The position numbers were made by a program, and so were the translations under genes. Positions 11,631 to 26,000 of a DNA stretch of 64,000 nt are shown piece by piece. Within the stretch, counting starts at the first letter, position 1. Each line of letters begins with the position of its first letter. The notes below the pieces were generated by a model. The model saw only the letters and a list, made by a program, of their open reading frames with translations. It ran no database searches and was not told the origin of the DNA. The DNA is from Guillardia theta CCMP2712 (lineage: Eukaryota; Protista; Cryptophyta), in NCBI RefSeq assembly GCF_000315625.1, contig NW_005434672.1, forward strand, positions 1-64,000. Reading direction: 5' to 3'.

Positions 11631-12385
11631 ACGAACATCCATAGAAGGGCGCGTCTCGCGTTAGCCGCGCCTTTTATGGTTTTAGGCACCTTCTCCAAGA
11701 AGTGCAGGGGTGAGAACTCTGTGAATCGATGCAAAAATTCAGCTATTCATTTCGCTCAAAGTTTGAACACCTATGGTAAATGTTCAATTTTACATATCAT
11801 ACGTTTTCAAAACAGGAATAAATTAGCTCGAGAAAAAAGGACTCAAGCTTGTAGCCCAAAGAAACCATAAGTGGAATGATTGTTCCTGAAAGGGTGGTGG
11901 GTGATCTTAGAATGAGGTAGGGGTTCGGAAAATTGGTGGCCACCTTGATACTCTGAGTGTTGGAGACAGGTTCCATGTATGATCCTGTAATTTACATATA
12001 CTCTTTATTAAGAAAAAGGCTTGGTATAAAGCCTTCCAAAAGGAGAAGAAAAACTGAATAATCCTCCATCAACAAGGCGAGTGGGGTAGTAGTGTGGAAG
12101 GAGTAGGGTAGGGGTCAGGTGTCATGGACCCTGTACCTGACTTGAGCCGAAAGGCCTCAAGTGCGTCTCCCTTGAGCCCCCGGCTTCTTCACACTCCTCT
12201 ACATCAGCTCCTCTGACCTCAACCTTCTCGAACCATCCTTCCCTATCTCACCTGCACGTTCACTTCAGCTGCTCTTCTACAATTCCTTGACATAGCCTCC
12301 TTCCTTCTCGTCTACACACTGTTGGCTATCTCGATTATACATTGAAGGCATTGATCTTTCTTGTCAAGCAACGTTGTACGGTACA

Positions 12386-12940
12386 ATGGGGAACTCGACT
12401 TCTCGTCGGAACTACGTCATTGCAGAGATTCAATCTGACATCAAGCTTTTGATGGACACTTGTCCAGAGCATACACACTTGGACTGGAATGATGTGGATT
12501 GCATTTCTCATCACAGTGCTGTGAATGCTCTACAAAACTACGCGCTCTTCGAGAAGCTCAGAGTGACAAAGCCAAAGCTCTGGTCGAAGAAAGATCGTAG
12601 ATGCAGTAGAAACTGTGCCAGAAGAGGAACAAGTGTAAGGTTCTCAGATTCAATTTGCAACATTCCCAGGAAACACGATAACTCTGAATGCTCGGCAGAG
12701 ACTCGCGAAACCACCGAATCTTGGTATATATCGTGTGGTCTAGGCGCTGATACATTGGAACGAAGTCCAGAGGAACTTAGCATTTCAAACTCAATGGATA
12801 GCGCTGCAACGACAGTCCTCGCGCTCGAAGATTTTTTCTCCGACAGTGCTCGAAACATTAACGGAAGCTTTCTTGCGCTGCACAAGGCATCGTCCGACCT
12901 TGAAGCAAACAATGTACTATACCCTGTTCCATGTTCATAA
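12386..12940 (+). CDS. Hypothetical protein (184 aa) with possible N-myristoylation start MGNSTS
   Basis: Intronless ORF with ATG at 12386; MGxxxS motif; pyrimidine-rich leader upstream. Confidence 0.55.
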   Translation: MGNSTSRRNYVIAEIQSDIKLLMDTCPEHTHLDWNDVDCISHHSAVNALQNYALFEKLRVTKPKLWSKKDRRCSRNCARRGTSVRFSDSICNIPRKHDNSECSAETRETTESWYISCGLGADTLERSPEELSISNSMDSAATTVLALEDFFSDSARNINGSFLALHKASSDLEANNVLYPVPCS

Positions 12941-13447
12941 TTTGCAATTGTTGTAATAAATAGGATATACATGTGATTCTCTGGGCCTGACACGTGGAGA
13001 GGTATTTTAGGTTTTAAAAAAAAATGTTTGTCTTCAACAAACACTCTCACCATTATGGTCACTATGACTGTTTTCCCATCGAAATCAAGCACTAGATTAT
13101 TTCTCGAGTTGACAGTGAATGTCGCAAGAGAGTATCATTCTGGCGGGCCGAAATCATCGGATCAACACCTGCCGTTTGATGCTTGAACCATCACTGTTAC
13201 CGTACAGATCTATTGACAAAGCGATTTAGTCAAACAGCAAAGAGATTATGGCAGCTACTGTGACAAATGAAAGTTGAAAAAATGGTGTGTATCAGTTGAA
13301 TGTATTGACCGTGTTGTATGAGAAGTTTGTTTGAATGTTACTCGTCATGTAAGTTGAAAATGCAGGCATGCTCTCGTCATGTAAGTTGAAATTGCAGGCA
13401 GGTTCTGCATTCACAAGAAGATGGAGTCTATCGGAGATAAAAACAAT

Positions 13448-13519
13448 TGACGCGAGAGGGAATCGAACCCCCAACCTTTCGATCTGGAGTCGAACGCGCT
13501 ACCATTGCGCCACCACGTC
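13448..13519 (-). tRNA. trnW: tRNA-Trp (CCA)
   Basis: GACGTGG/TCGCGTC acceptor stem, D loop TGGCGCAATGGTAGCGCG, anticodon arm TTCGA-CTCCAGA-TCGAA, GGTTCGATTCC T arm, T5 terminator just downstream. Confidence 0.97.
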
Positions 13520-13592
13520 ACGTGCCGAGTAGTGTAATTTGGGCGAGATATTCCCTGCTTTGCTTGTCATGTCTCGACTTGCCTGCTCGCAT

Positions 13593-13920
<328 letters not shown>

Positions 13921-14599
13921 CCCTTATAGACCAACCACCTCCCCATTTCCCTCTCCCTCTCCCTCTCTCCTTGCCTACCTCCTTCTCTCACTCTTTCTAT
14001 CCTACCTGCCTCACGTACTGATTCCTTCCACTCTCCCTCGAAATATCCTCCTCCCTCATCTCTCTTTCTCTCGTCCTTTCTCTCTCTACTGCGAAGCTTT
14101 CTCATGTTTCGCCATACTCCATAACAATTGGGGTGACGTATGATTGAAGGTGAAGAAGTGATCTCATGGGATAGAAGCAACCTCAGATGTGATGAGCTAC
14201 CTGAGATTCCGGCAGACAGCAACAGCAAGAAAGGGAGAAGTCATTCAGGACTACTCTCTGTATCATTACAGTCAATGGCACTTACTTTCCCGTGTATCAA
14301 TACTCGTGCAAGGCTACTGAACAGGATGGATGACCAGAAGAGTGGAAGCTTCTGGGCGGAGCAGAACTATGGAGTGGGGAGAGGAGGAAAATCAAGAGAA
14401 ATGGAAATGGATTTGGTGATTGCAGTTGCCTAGCCGATGCAAAGAATCTTAGCCAAATGGAGGATTGCAACATCTGTAGGTTGGATGATAGCGAGACCAA
14501 GCAAGAGAGTGATGCGTTTCAGGCTCAGCAAAAACGAGACAGAAAACAGAGTAGAAACAAAATCGAGAAATGTATGCAGAATGTATGAGTTCAAGAAGG

Positions 14600-16640
14600 A
14601 GCGCAAAAATTGAACTTCTATTCTTGTTGGTATCGTCATGTATGGCTTTGAATTCAGCGGCAACCCCTTGCGGAAGTTTTTACTGTTGTTGAGCTGAATG
14701 AGAAAATCTTGTAGAATGCATTCTACTCCTGCTGAACTAAGGTAGATTACATTCTATGCTTCATCTTCATCAGGGCGGAAAATCTGAAGGATTAAACGTA
14801 TCGCTAATTGATCGGCGCATACGTGGAATCATCATGGCAGAGGGAGTTGATGTGCTGGGTTTCTTGTTGTCCCTCTTCCCCAAATATGTGCTTTTACGGT
14901 TGGACTGTATGAACTTCAGCTCGTTATCACCAAATCAGGAGGAGAAAGGTACCTGAGAGGAGTGGTGCAAGTTTGGTTGTGTTTTGAATTGTCGAAGTTC
15001 GAACACGGAACCACGTCGACGAGGAGGTGCAGTCCCTTGGCCATAGTTCTGGGAGAATATCAGGCACAAGAAGACGGCAACGCGCTCCTTACCCCATCAT
15101 TGTTTCCCTTTGCAACTGGCGTGTCCTCTAACACCCTTTTGACTGCCGGCTCTTGTCGAGATAACAAAGATTCAAGCTTGTACGAGCAGTTGTGTTCTTT
15201 CTGCAACCATTGAATTTCAAGAGCTTCTGCAACTGAAAACCGTGTGTCAGGATTGATGTCGAGAAGTCCTTGCAGGATGATTAGCCAGTTGTTACACACG
15301 ACCGAAGTGGATACTTCTTTGTCTGTATCTGGATCGTTGTTACATATTCGTTCGACTGTACAGTATTTGGATAAGATCCTCTCCAAGCAAGATTCGTAGA
15401 TTGGCCAATCTTTGAAGTGACAGAAACAGTCCATTCGCCTCAAAAAATGAGAATCAATTGGAGTTCCACACACTTGAAAGATTTGGTGCAGCTGATCGCC
15501 ATTATAATTAAGATGGGTAACACGACGACATTGACAGATGTCATCAACATTGCCTTTGAAGATGCTGTTTCCAATTAACATCTCCATTACCAGACAGCCG
15601 ACAGCCCAAACGTCAATCTTGGGACAATACTTCGCTGCCCCCATCAGCAATTCTGGTGCTCTGTACCACAATGTACATATTTCTCTACCGACTGCCATCT
15701 TTTCGTGACTAACAAACTCCCTGGACATGCCAAAATCCCCCAACTTTGCGACCATACTATCAAATATTAAGATATTTCCCGGCTTGACATCTCGATGAAC
15801 AATATTCACACTGTGCAGGTAATGAAGAGCTTCTAAAACATCTCTGGTCCATTTCGAAATCATGGAAAGATGAAGACTCCCGGCCTGATTCTTAATCACG
15901 GTATGTAAATCCGACAGAGCTTCTTCTAGAACAATCACTCTTGAATCATGGGTCGCTCCCAGCAACTTAACAATCTTGGGATGAGATCCAGCAAGCTCCA
16001 TCATTTCAATTTCTCGCCTAAAGGCTTCCAGCCGCTCCTCCGTTGCCTCTCCATGCTCCTTTACATCATCCGGGTCCAAGTCAAAGTCTGGCCAGACAAC
16101 TTTCACAACAACATCCTCCATTGACTCGATAATCGTGGCTTGCCACACACAACCATACGCCCCATTTCCTATCTTGTTAGCAACCTGTTGTGACAATATT
16201 AGCCTCGTTATTCATAAAAGCACTCTTACAAAAAGTCACCTCCAGTTCATGACGACGAAACACTTTTACTTTGATTGGGCTTCGATTCGTGCTGAATGGG
16301 CAGTACTTTTCTTTCAACCCAAGATTTTTTGTCTGTGTTGTTAATTCCTCCAAAATTTCGTTTCTAGACCCTTCGTGAAGTTGATCATCGCTCCAAGGAT
16401 TATGTTTGCAAGCTGGAACAATGATTATCAAAAGATGGGAAAGTCATTCCTTAGGCTTACGTTCGCGAGTAGGAGAATTGACGTCATTGGAGTTTTGAGC
16501 CGTTATAGTTTCATTATACATTTCAACTTCAGTCAGCCTACAAAGGATCAAACCAGCTTTAGTATTACAAAAAACAGGGACGTTATGAATCAATTGTTTC
16601 AGTCTACGCGTCGTCCTAACAATCGCGTGCAATTGTACAA
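14600..16640 (-). CDS. CDK-like (CMGC) Ser/Thr kinase, paralog A; kinase exon ~15060-16196, outer ends approximate
   Basis: GNGAYG, VVVK, HRDVKPGN, DFG, TLWYRAPELLMG, DVWAVGC. Confidence 0.9.
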
Positions 16641-17494
16641 CAAGTTTGCGAAACTAGTAGAAACCATGTGTGATTCTGCTTGCTATGACCATATTCTTGC
16701 CTTAATTACAGCATTATTTTTGAATTTCTTTCCAACAAAGAATGTCGCGTACCTCTTCTCACATTCAAGTCATTTCATGTTGTTGACAATGCGGAAGAGT
16801 TTTGATCGTGGGATTACAACAAGACAGCGGAGTGATACATGATCAGTTGAGCGCTTGTGCACTCTACTCCCATCCACTTTCCTCAGATCAACATTCTTGC
16901 ATCACACCCACCAATAGCATCCACATGCTCGACCTCCTGCTCTAGCCTCGTCTTCTCGCCGCCTCCTTCCCCGCACTCTCGGATGACATGTCTCAAGTCA
17001 ACGACGGCCAAGATGTCCGAGAATGCCACGGGTGGTTGCCTAGAACGAGGGGGTGGGGGTCCTCAGAGATTGAAATGACCTTCGGCTTCCGTGTAAATAT
17101 TTTAATAATAACAGGTGTGGTGGGGGCCTAGGGGACTTTTGATTTTAGTCAATGACTCAATGACCATGCAGTTTCCGAAAGGACCATGGGTGGGTCCATT
17201 GAATGGAGGGGTAGGGGTCCTAGCGAACCAGAAAAGGGAGTGCAAGCTTTACTACTACATCCCCCGCCTCCTGTGCCAGCTTTACTACCTATTCTCCTCA
17301 TTGTCCTCGTACAGATTTTTACCTTAACTTTGAGTAAAGAATTGAACCCCCACCTCCTGTGCTTCATGACCCCTACCTCTGTAAATTTACAACCATGCCC
17401 AAACGACCCTCACCGAATTTTTTTTAAGTAAAAAGGTTATAGGCACACAAGCCCAGCAAGACATGTAAAACTAGTTTTATTTGTGACCTCCATC

Positions 17495-18385
17495 TCACGT
17501 CACGGTCCGTGTCCGTGAGTCAGCAAATCTCGCGTGCGGTCTGACGGTCGGACCGGGCCGCTTGACTGAGCGCGGCGGCCGGTGGCCGGGCGCAAGTGAA
17601 GTCATGCAGCCGCCGCAGCACTGATCTCACCCTTTACTCAAAGTTAAGCCTTAAAAATCAGTACGAGGACAATCAGGATAGTCGAGGAGGCTTGACCCTG
17701 ACACTGTCGCACAGGCCAAACGGCGAGAAGAGAAAACCGACAGCGAGAACCAAACTTGCCCTAATCCTCAGCCAACTGCTGTCCCCTCAAGTTTAACTGA
17801 AAGACAGCACTTAATTTTGAGTAAAGAGCACTTTACCATACGCCCCCCGGCCGCCACTGAGTGACTGCTCAGCGGGTGTCTTGCCGCAGGCTTGCGCAGC
17901 GGCCCCGGGCCCGGCCCGCCGCGGCTACGCCCATCATGCCCCGGACCGTACACTGTGACAGGAACTCACCGTGGCACTGAAGTCGAGCGGAGGCGAGCCT
18001 GGCCTGACGGGGGGCTGACACTGAGTCACTTGTTTCAAGTTTGGCAAGGCCCTAAGCAGGCTCAGTTCAGGCCGAGTCACGGCCGAGCGGCCCGGCCGCG
18101 CCGCACATTCAGTGCGCGGCCACTGACGGACCGTACCGGCGGGCCGGACTCAGCGGTCCGTCCGGCGGCCTGAGGCCCGCGGCCGGCCCGCCGGGCCGGG
18201 CCGGCTTCAATCAAACTTGACGCGGCTGAAGCTAGTACCGTACGCCGGTACTGCGGTCGCCGCCGGGACCGGAGGCTAGTACCAGCCTCTTTACTCAAAG
18301 TTAAGTCACAGTAAAACTAGCATCCGGTCTCCGTCTCTTTACTCAACTTCAGTCAAGTTAAAAATCAGTACGAGGACAATCAGGA
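17495..18385. repeat. GC-rich palindromic-word island 2, with a direct repeat at 17632-17678 and 18289-18385
   Basis: Same word composition as island 1; ttaaaaatcagtacgaggacaatcagga is exact in both copies. Confidence 0.75.
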
Positions 18386-19599
18386 GAGCAGACCTGCCAT
18401 TCTTTACACTACGAGAAAAAAAAACATCGTCATTCTTTAGTGAAAATTGTTATAAAGTACGAAATGGGCAAAAGAGAGAAATCAGGGTGGGGGTCCTCAA
18501 AGTAGATGTGCGAGGATTAAAAGGCTGGGTACTTTCAGTACAGAGAGGGGGTACTAGAAGTTCATGAAGTACTTATCTCTCAGGCTGTTAGGCGGGACAA
18601 CCGATTGCAACCTTATCTGGAGGTGCTAGAACACAAGGGGTAGGGTACCATGATAGATGTATGAGTGGGTAGGGTTGGAAACGGGAAAGGGGAGGTCGTC
18701 AGCCATATTGTCACCCCACCTACTGCTATCAGTTACTACTGAGAACGTTCGGAACCTCCGGTCCATTGTATGCTCAACCTGAACCACCTGGAGCGACACG
18801 TATCACCCCACCCCTCTCCCCTCCCTGAGTACCCAACCAACACAACCAGAAAGTCACCAACCCAGTCCTCTTAATCCCTACCCACCCCAAATTAATCTGC
18901 AATCTGGTACTGCCAAGTACCCCCTCCACCACCCTTCGGGCAATTGGTTTCCAGTTCCATGTCAGGGCAGAAATCGGCTTTGTCCGTGATGAACATTCGA
19001 CAGCCATGTTGAGGAGGGAAACGAGACAAAGAAAAATGTCGGATATCACGAGTTTGAATGTTGATGGGAGTGGGAACTGGTGGAGTGCCTTTAACCATGC
19101 CTAGATGTAGATTCAGCCGAAACTTTGACGATAGGAGCCTTGTAGAGTTCACAGCTTGGTTGTCTCGTGCGCAAGACCTTTGCAAACACAAATCTTGTGA
19201 ATAGTTTATCCTGAACAGTCGAGAAAAAATAACAAGAAATTCTGGATGATGAAGAAAACGATATGTAAAAACATTTGCTGGTTCTGATGAAAACTGATGC
19301 AGGTGGCGTGAAATCAACGGCAATTAATTGGCATGCGGTGCGTCGATGGGGCAATGCTGCCACATGCTCAGTCCTCCTTGATAACTGCGTGGCCATCGAA
19401 GTCAAACAGAGCTCCAGAAAATATTCGTTCAAGTCATTCGAATGGTATGAAATGTGCCTTGTGATTTTCCGCGATACGGAAGGAATGGAAGTCTGAAACA
19501 GTTTTCTTATAGGATCTGGTAAATTCAGAATTTCAAACCTTCAAAATTTCAAGAAATTCAGAAGGTCTGAGCTAGAGGTCTGCAGTACTCTTGCTATGC

Positions 19600-21328
19600 T
19601 CAGTATTGAAGAAACATTCAGGTTTTCGACAAGATAGGAAAAGGTGCCTATGGGTGTGTGTGGCAGGCTAAAATCCTGGAATCAAGCAAAGAAGTGGTGG
19701 TGAAGGTGGTGTGGCCCGATGCCGACTTGGATCCAGAGGACTCTCAAGGTGCTTCGCCTGGAAATCATAGACGTGAAGCGTTCAAGAAGGAAATTCAGAT
19801 GATGCAACGTGTGGGGCAGCACTCCAACGTAGTTGAGTTCTATGGTGCAACGTCGGATTGCACAGTGATTGTGTTTGAGCAAGCTCTTGCAGACCTTCAT
19901 GATATCATAAGGAAGCAGAAAAAGAGTCTGGTGCTCCCAATGATTGCGCGATGCTGCAGAGATGTTCTCAAAGGGGTCGAGTACTTGCATTCCATCCGAG
20001 TGATGCATAGAGACATAAAGCCAGCAAACTTGTTGGTTTTCAAGGACATGGTGGTCAAGATCTGTGATTTTGGTCTCGCACGTGAATATTCAGAAGGCGA
20101 GAACCGTGTGAAGAGCGAGATGACAACCTTGTGGTACCGAGCCCCTGAACTTCTCATGGGATCCGAGACCTACAACTGCAGGATCGACGAGTGGTCTGTG
20201 GGATGCATCATCCTAGAGATGCTTGCTGGGTCATGTCAGACCAAAGGAAAGGTCGAGGATGTTTGTAAGTGTCCTCTGCCGACTCATTTCAACTACAATG
20301 GGGATCAGTTGGCAAAAATCTTCATGCTGGTGGGAACTCCAAGAGATGAAAAGTTGTTGTCTCAAATGCAATGTCGAAACCATTTTTCTTCTTGGCCAAA
20401 ATATGAAAGTTCCCTTGAATCTGTGGTGAAGAAGGCTCTCACGGAAGGAAGAGAAATTCCAGAGCATCCTCAACAAGACCAAAAGTTTTATGTGAGAAAT
20501 GAGTCAGCCTCCATTCTGTTACATCCTGACCTATTGCTTAGAACATCAAGAGTTGGTTCGAAGTAATTCGGTCTTTGCTTATGCTGGATTCCTCCCATAG
20601 AAAGAGTGCCCTTGAGGTATTTCGCTACGTACCTTTGTCCTTGTTGAATGTTTGGCAGGTATTGCAGTTGCCGCTGTTTATCGACAACGTCATCACTCAG
20701 GACGAAAGAAATCTTGATGAACGAATGATGGACTCGTTTGCAAGATCCAAGTCCTTGCCGAAAGGAATGATTTCCAAAGTATGAAAATGTTTAAATTTTG
20801 TGTTGATCTGAAGTCTTTCACAAGATGAACAAGAGCTACGCTTCACTTCCAGTAAGACGGCTCTCGACAGGGCAAGATCTCCGCAGAAGGTGTGAGGTTT
20901 ACTTATTGGAAATTACAATCTAACTCTAGGAGGAAACAGCAATTTAATGGTAGGATACTGTGTACAAGACGCAAGCTTCTCGTTGCAAAGATCGCAATCT
21001 TACAACAATGTGGAACAGCTCGACCAGGACTTGAAACCGCTGTAAGTTTGCTTTCCCTCTGTTTTGACTTCTTGTGTGTAGTGAGCCTGTCACCAAGGGC
21101 TCGGAAGTCATCAGATCTCACACCAGTGAGCAAAGGGTCCGGAAGAAACTTATACAGGAAGAACAGTACAAGCTCAATCTTGCGGCCGATGATGCATCCT
21201 CTTAGAAACGTGAGATCTGGTCTGTTCCGTCTTCAAAGTTTGACTTTCTCTGCAGGTTCAACGGCTTGAACTTCCTTTGGCGTCCACAGTGAATTATGAC
21301 CCTGTGTACTCAAAGAACAAGATATGAT
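19600..21328 (+). CDS. CDK-like (CMGC) Ser/Thr kinase, paralog B; further 5' exons probable back to ~19000
   Basis: GKGAYG, VVVK, HRDIKPAN, DFG, TTLWYRAPELLMG; short-intron C-terminal exons. Confidence 0.9.
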
Positions 21329-21485
21329 CCTTCCGACTCTCTTCGTTGCTGCATTGCCTGGATCTCCGATCTTCTCAGACCAACCTCTCTCATCAAATGT
21401 CAATGAGTAATATATTTCGTGAACGAAAACAGCTGACACTTTGTCTTTTTGTAAAACTATGGAAAACGTATAACATTAACGAATG

Positions 21486-22043
21486 TCAACTGACAGTTGA
21501 GTTGACCGAGAACCAGAGCCTATCATATTCTCCTTTGCGCATCTTGACGACGAAATAATTAGCATCCTTCTTGTAACCAAAGTGCCAAGTGCGAAACCAA
21601 TTTGTAGCTTTCTTCGAGCTGAGCTCAATGACATACGAGTCGACGAGAGGAGACAGGGAAGGCATTGACTGCTCAGATCTATATATCTTGGTCATCATGC
21701 ATCGGTGGGCACTAGAGCTTTGCTGCAAAGTTGAGCTGCGATGCTCGAAAGCAGCTGCTGTGACTTTGTGATGGTTCTTGTCAAACTTCTTGTCAATGTT
21801 GAAATTGAATCTAATGTTCGGGGACATGTCCAGGAGTTGAATGTCGACTACATTGCTCATGCACACAAAAATGTATCGCGAGATTATTGAGATTCGCAGA
21901 GCTGTGTCATATGAATATGAAGAGAACGTGTCGACCGGAAGAAGCATTTTCAAGATATAAAGCAGAAAAATATGCAAGCACAGAAATCGTTGTGCAGTTC
22001 GAACCCGAACTCGAAAGTCTTCGGCATCATCTTCCACTGGCAT
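21486..22043 (-). CDS. Hypothetical protein
   Basis: 185-codon ORF with ATG start; no recognisable motif. Confidence 0.35.
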   Translation of the reverse strand: MPVEDDAEDFRVRVRTAQRFLCLHIFLLYILKMLLPVDTFSSYSYDTALRISIISRYIFVCMSNVVDIQLLDMSPNIRFNFNIDKKFDKNHHKVTAAAFEHRSSTLQQSSSAHRCMMTKIYRSEQSMPSLSPLVDSYVIELSSKKATNWFRTWHFGYKKDANYFVVKMRKGEYDRLWFSVNSTVS

Positions 22044-23014
22044 GGATGAAAGAAATTTGTGTTCCAGTTGTCTTATCTACGCGAGATATTTTGATCTCCA
22101 AACAATCCGTTTTCAAATTTACACCAAAAGATCAAGAAAGTTATGAATGTTGCTTAGTGGTTTGTGCTCAAACTTCACAGAGATGGATATTTAAGATCGC
22201 AGGTTGACAACTCGTTCCGAGAAATTAGCGGAGCAGATAAGGAATACGACCATTCTCTCTCATCTTTCACATCAATCGCCTCGGCCCTCTCTCTCCCTCT
22301 CTCTACCTTCCTCCCCCTCTGGTCGGAACCATAGCCGAAGCTTTGCCCTCTTTGAGGGGGTACAGACCCCCAGTGGTGAAGCAGAAGAAATTGCCTGACT
22401 GGGTAGGGGTTAAAAGCCGGGGGTAGGGTCAGTGAGAAGGGCGGTCAAGCTCTATCTCCTTTTCCTACGATTCCTGGTAGGATGTACCCGTGGCGTTGTA
22501 GGGGGGACTAAAGCACCGGTACTAGAGAAGTGAATCTTATGAAATGGTGGGGTTGCCCATCTCAATCTGTGCAACATCAATCGTATTGTGTCCTCAAACC
22601 CGGGGGTGGGGGTGGGGTCTCCAATCGTAAGCTGGGGTAGGGTTACTTCTTTTTTGTTTTTTTTGGCCCCACCTTTCATACTCGGAGACAGAGCGGGCCC
22701 GGGACGTTCCGACCTCCGGTGCCAGAAACCGTTACGAGTCGTTATGAGGGGCCATGGACGGGGCACAGAGAGAGGAATGAAGAGATCTTGCGATGCAACG
22801 GCGAGGAGGAGAGGGAAGGAGAGGGAAGGAGAGGGAAGGAGAGGGAGAGCAGCTGCATGAACAAGGAAAGTTGGATACCTTCTGAGTGAAGAGCTGAAAA
22901 GACTTAAAGCCTCTGATTTCCTTCCAAGCGGATCTTTGCAATGCCGTGAACCAGGTCTCTACTTGTATTACTCAACCAATGGTGGGCATGGCGCGCTTGT
23001 CTTCTCCCCTCACC

Positions 23015-26000
23015 ATGCGAGGCTTGCTCTTGCTCGTGCTCGTCTCTTGCACTCATTGCTTGAACTTTGACTCCTTCACGACAACGCCTCAAGTGCGTGG
23101 TGAACGTGGAAGGCTGAGAGGTGGTTCGCGACCGGATCGCCTGGTGAACCAGGAAACATGCATGGTCGAGTTTGAAGTTCAGACGACGTCGCTACAATCA
23201 GATGAGAGCGTCCGGATATGCGGCAGTCATGCGATGATCGGATCATGGCTGCCCGAGAAAGGGCTGCAGATGCACAAAGTGAAGGTAAGAAAAGACTTGA
23301 GATTTTGTTAGAACGACCTCGTATGGCAGGGAGGAGTTCACGGCGAGCCATGCGTGTGGGGAGCGAGAATGCAAGTGCCCGTGGGCGAGGAGCTGGAGTA
23401 CAAGTATGTCATCATGAAGGGCTATGCTGAACAAGCGCGTGCCCTTTCCATCCCCAAGGGTGAATGTGCGGTGAGGGGTGGAGGAGTTTCTTGCTATCTG
23501 GCAAGATATACTGGTGCTCATTGTCGCTCCTGGCAGGTTGAGTGGGAGTGCGACATTCCGAATCGTCTCTTGCTGATCAACAAGCTCGAAGAAAGAGTCT
23601 TCGTGCTGCAAGAAAGCTTCGATGTGGTTGGAAGAGAAATTTTCTTTGTTGAGAACCAGAATTATGTAATAGCGACGGGATTGTTAGAGTGCTACTGATC
23701 AGTACGTAAAGGTTCCTCTCGCCTTTGTTGAGCAAGTGTCAAGAGGCTCACCTGCTGATGAAGCTGGATTAGTTCCAGGTACTCGTGAGGACGCTGATGG
23801 CGTTGAGGGCGGGTTGCTGGCGGCAGTTTTCGCAGACTTGGTGGCGAATGCGACTTGTACTTGTTGAAGTTGTCTGTATGCTGTCTAATGTAGCATGTGT
23901 GATATCAATCCTGTACTCTCTTTCAGCACAAGAAGCAGACGTGTCATAAGAAAGTGTTGTGATCTGTCTGTTTGACCTTGAAGTCCCGCTCAGGTCAAAA
24001 CATCCTTTCGATTGGCAATCTGAATGCAAAGATGTTGAACGAAGTGAATCAAGAAGATACCATGTCAGCGATCTTCAAGGAGGTGGAGAAGTTTCCGCAA
24101 GTTTGCTCGGGTGATAGCCTGAGTATTGACATGTGGCGTGTCAGGTTCGAGAACATCAAGGGAAAGAATTGTCTGTTGTGGTGGCCGATCGGATGGGAAT
24201 GCAGTCTCATCTTGTAGTCTTTCCGAGGCAGGTATCGTTCTTGATTCTTGTTGTGCAAGAGCATGTCAAGGAGGAGAATGACGGGGAGAGAAAGAAGAAA
24301 CGCAACGGGGGGGGGGGAGAGGGGAAGGGAAAGGGGGACTGCCAACTGGCAGGAGGCAGGGGGCAGGGGCAAGGAGATAGGAAGGGAGGGGTGAGGGGGA
24401 GGGGGACAGGGCCGTGACTTACAGTGACAGTGGAGCGGAGAGGGACTCTTTGGCTGTCGACTTTCTCTTTCCTCCCGCTGCTCTGCCATCATCCGCCCAG
24501 TCAGCTCTCGGACCAAGTCAGAGTTGAGCTCGCCCAGAGGTCTCAGCCAGCAGGCAAACTTGATGAGGTTGGGAAACGGCGAGACATTGCTGACACGCTG
24601 TTGACCTGTGATGAGAACATGTGCCTGTTACGTTGTTACAAGATGTAGTTGATATCTTGTCGTGCCATCTGTAATCAGTAAGCTGATGTAGGTCAGACAT
24701 AGTCCATGTATCTTGTGACCATATGCATAGTGTTAGGGGTTATCGATTTCTCGATGGCATCATATCTTAGCATACATGATTCACATGTTTTTGACTCATG
24801 GCAGATGTTCGACGTTACCCTGATGTTCCTTTGTTCGCAGTTGTGCCATTGGCATCACCAACATTCTCCTCCAGCGTTCTCATAAGATTGTTTCCTTCAG
24901 CACTTATTTATCTCTCGTTCTTCCTCTTCAATCCGGTCTCTCTGCTACTCCTCCTCCTACTCTTTCTTCTTCTTTCCCCAGCTCTTGCCCTCCTCCTCCA
25001 CCACCACCACCACCACCACCACCACCACCACCACCACCACCACCACCACTTCCTTTCTCCTGGTTGATGGACTGTACAGCCTTTGCCGTGTCCTCGTTCG
25101 TGCAGCAACTTCTTTTCAAGCTGATTGGTGCTACTATATGCTCCCTGCTCCTTCATCCTCTGACTCCCCACACAGGCGCTTCCTCTCTCTTTCTCTCGAC
25201 CATCCTCCTCCTCCCCGCCCCTCTCGCTAGGAAGGTTCTTTCCCTCCTCGCCCCCGTCCTCGGAGCTGCACTTCTGCCCTTGAGGTAGAGCCCAAGGAGC
25301 TATGGAGGAGTCTGACAAGCAGAGCAGGGTGGTTTGGAATTTCCTGGTCCGTCCTGGAATTTCTCTCTTCCTCCTTGTTGTTTGCAGGATTTGGCAACCT
25401 GCAGTCTCGGTGGGCCATGCTGCTCCTGCTACCTGCTCTCCTCTCCCCCCTCCCCCTTCTCTTCCTGCTTCTCCCTTTTGATCTCCCCTACCTCCCACTC
25501 CTCCCCTACCTGGTTCTCCTCTCCTCTCCTCTCCTCTCCTCTCCTCTCCACTCCACTCCTCTCCTCTCCTCCCTCTCCTCCCCACTCCACTCTCTCTCTT
25601 TCAAATCTCCTTCGCCCCCTTCTGCTTCACCTCTTCTGTGCGTGTCATGAATTCAGCGGCTCGCATCTCGTTGAGCAAGCAGCAGGTCTTGCAGGGGCTT
25701 CGCGGGCTCCTCCTCCTCCTCCTGTCCTCGCACGATCGCCTCATCTCGCTCCTGCTTCTTCCTGTGCGAGCAGGAGGAGCAGCAGGACGAGGAGGAGCCA
25801 GTGCAATCAAGAGCATGCGCCCGCTTCCAGCAGCCTGTTTGAAGATGACAGCAGGTGATGGCAGAAGAGAACCATGAGGAGGGAGTTCGACTTGTTCATG
25901 TTCTTGTCCTGGTTCTACTTCTTGATGACGATGACGACGACAATGATGTTTAGGTGGAGCGGGTGGGAGGGGTGGAGTGAGATGTGTCCATCTTCAAGCA

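Noticed and set aside
11647-11840. Possible second Harbinger-like remnant (GGGCGCGT start; attagctcgagaaaaaa resembles the MITE interior)
   Set aside because: No matching second TIR or TSD found
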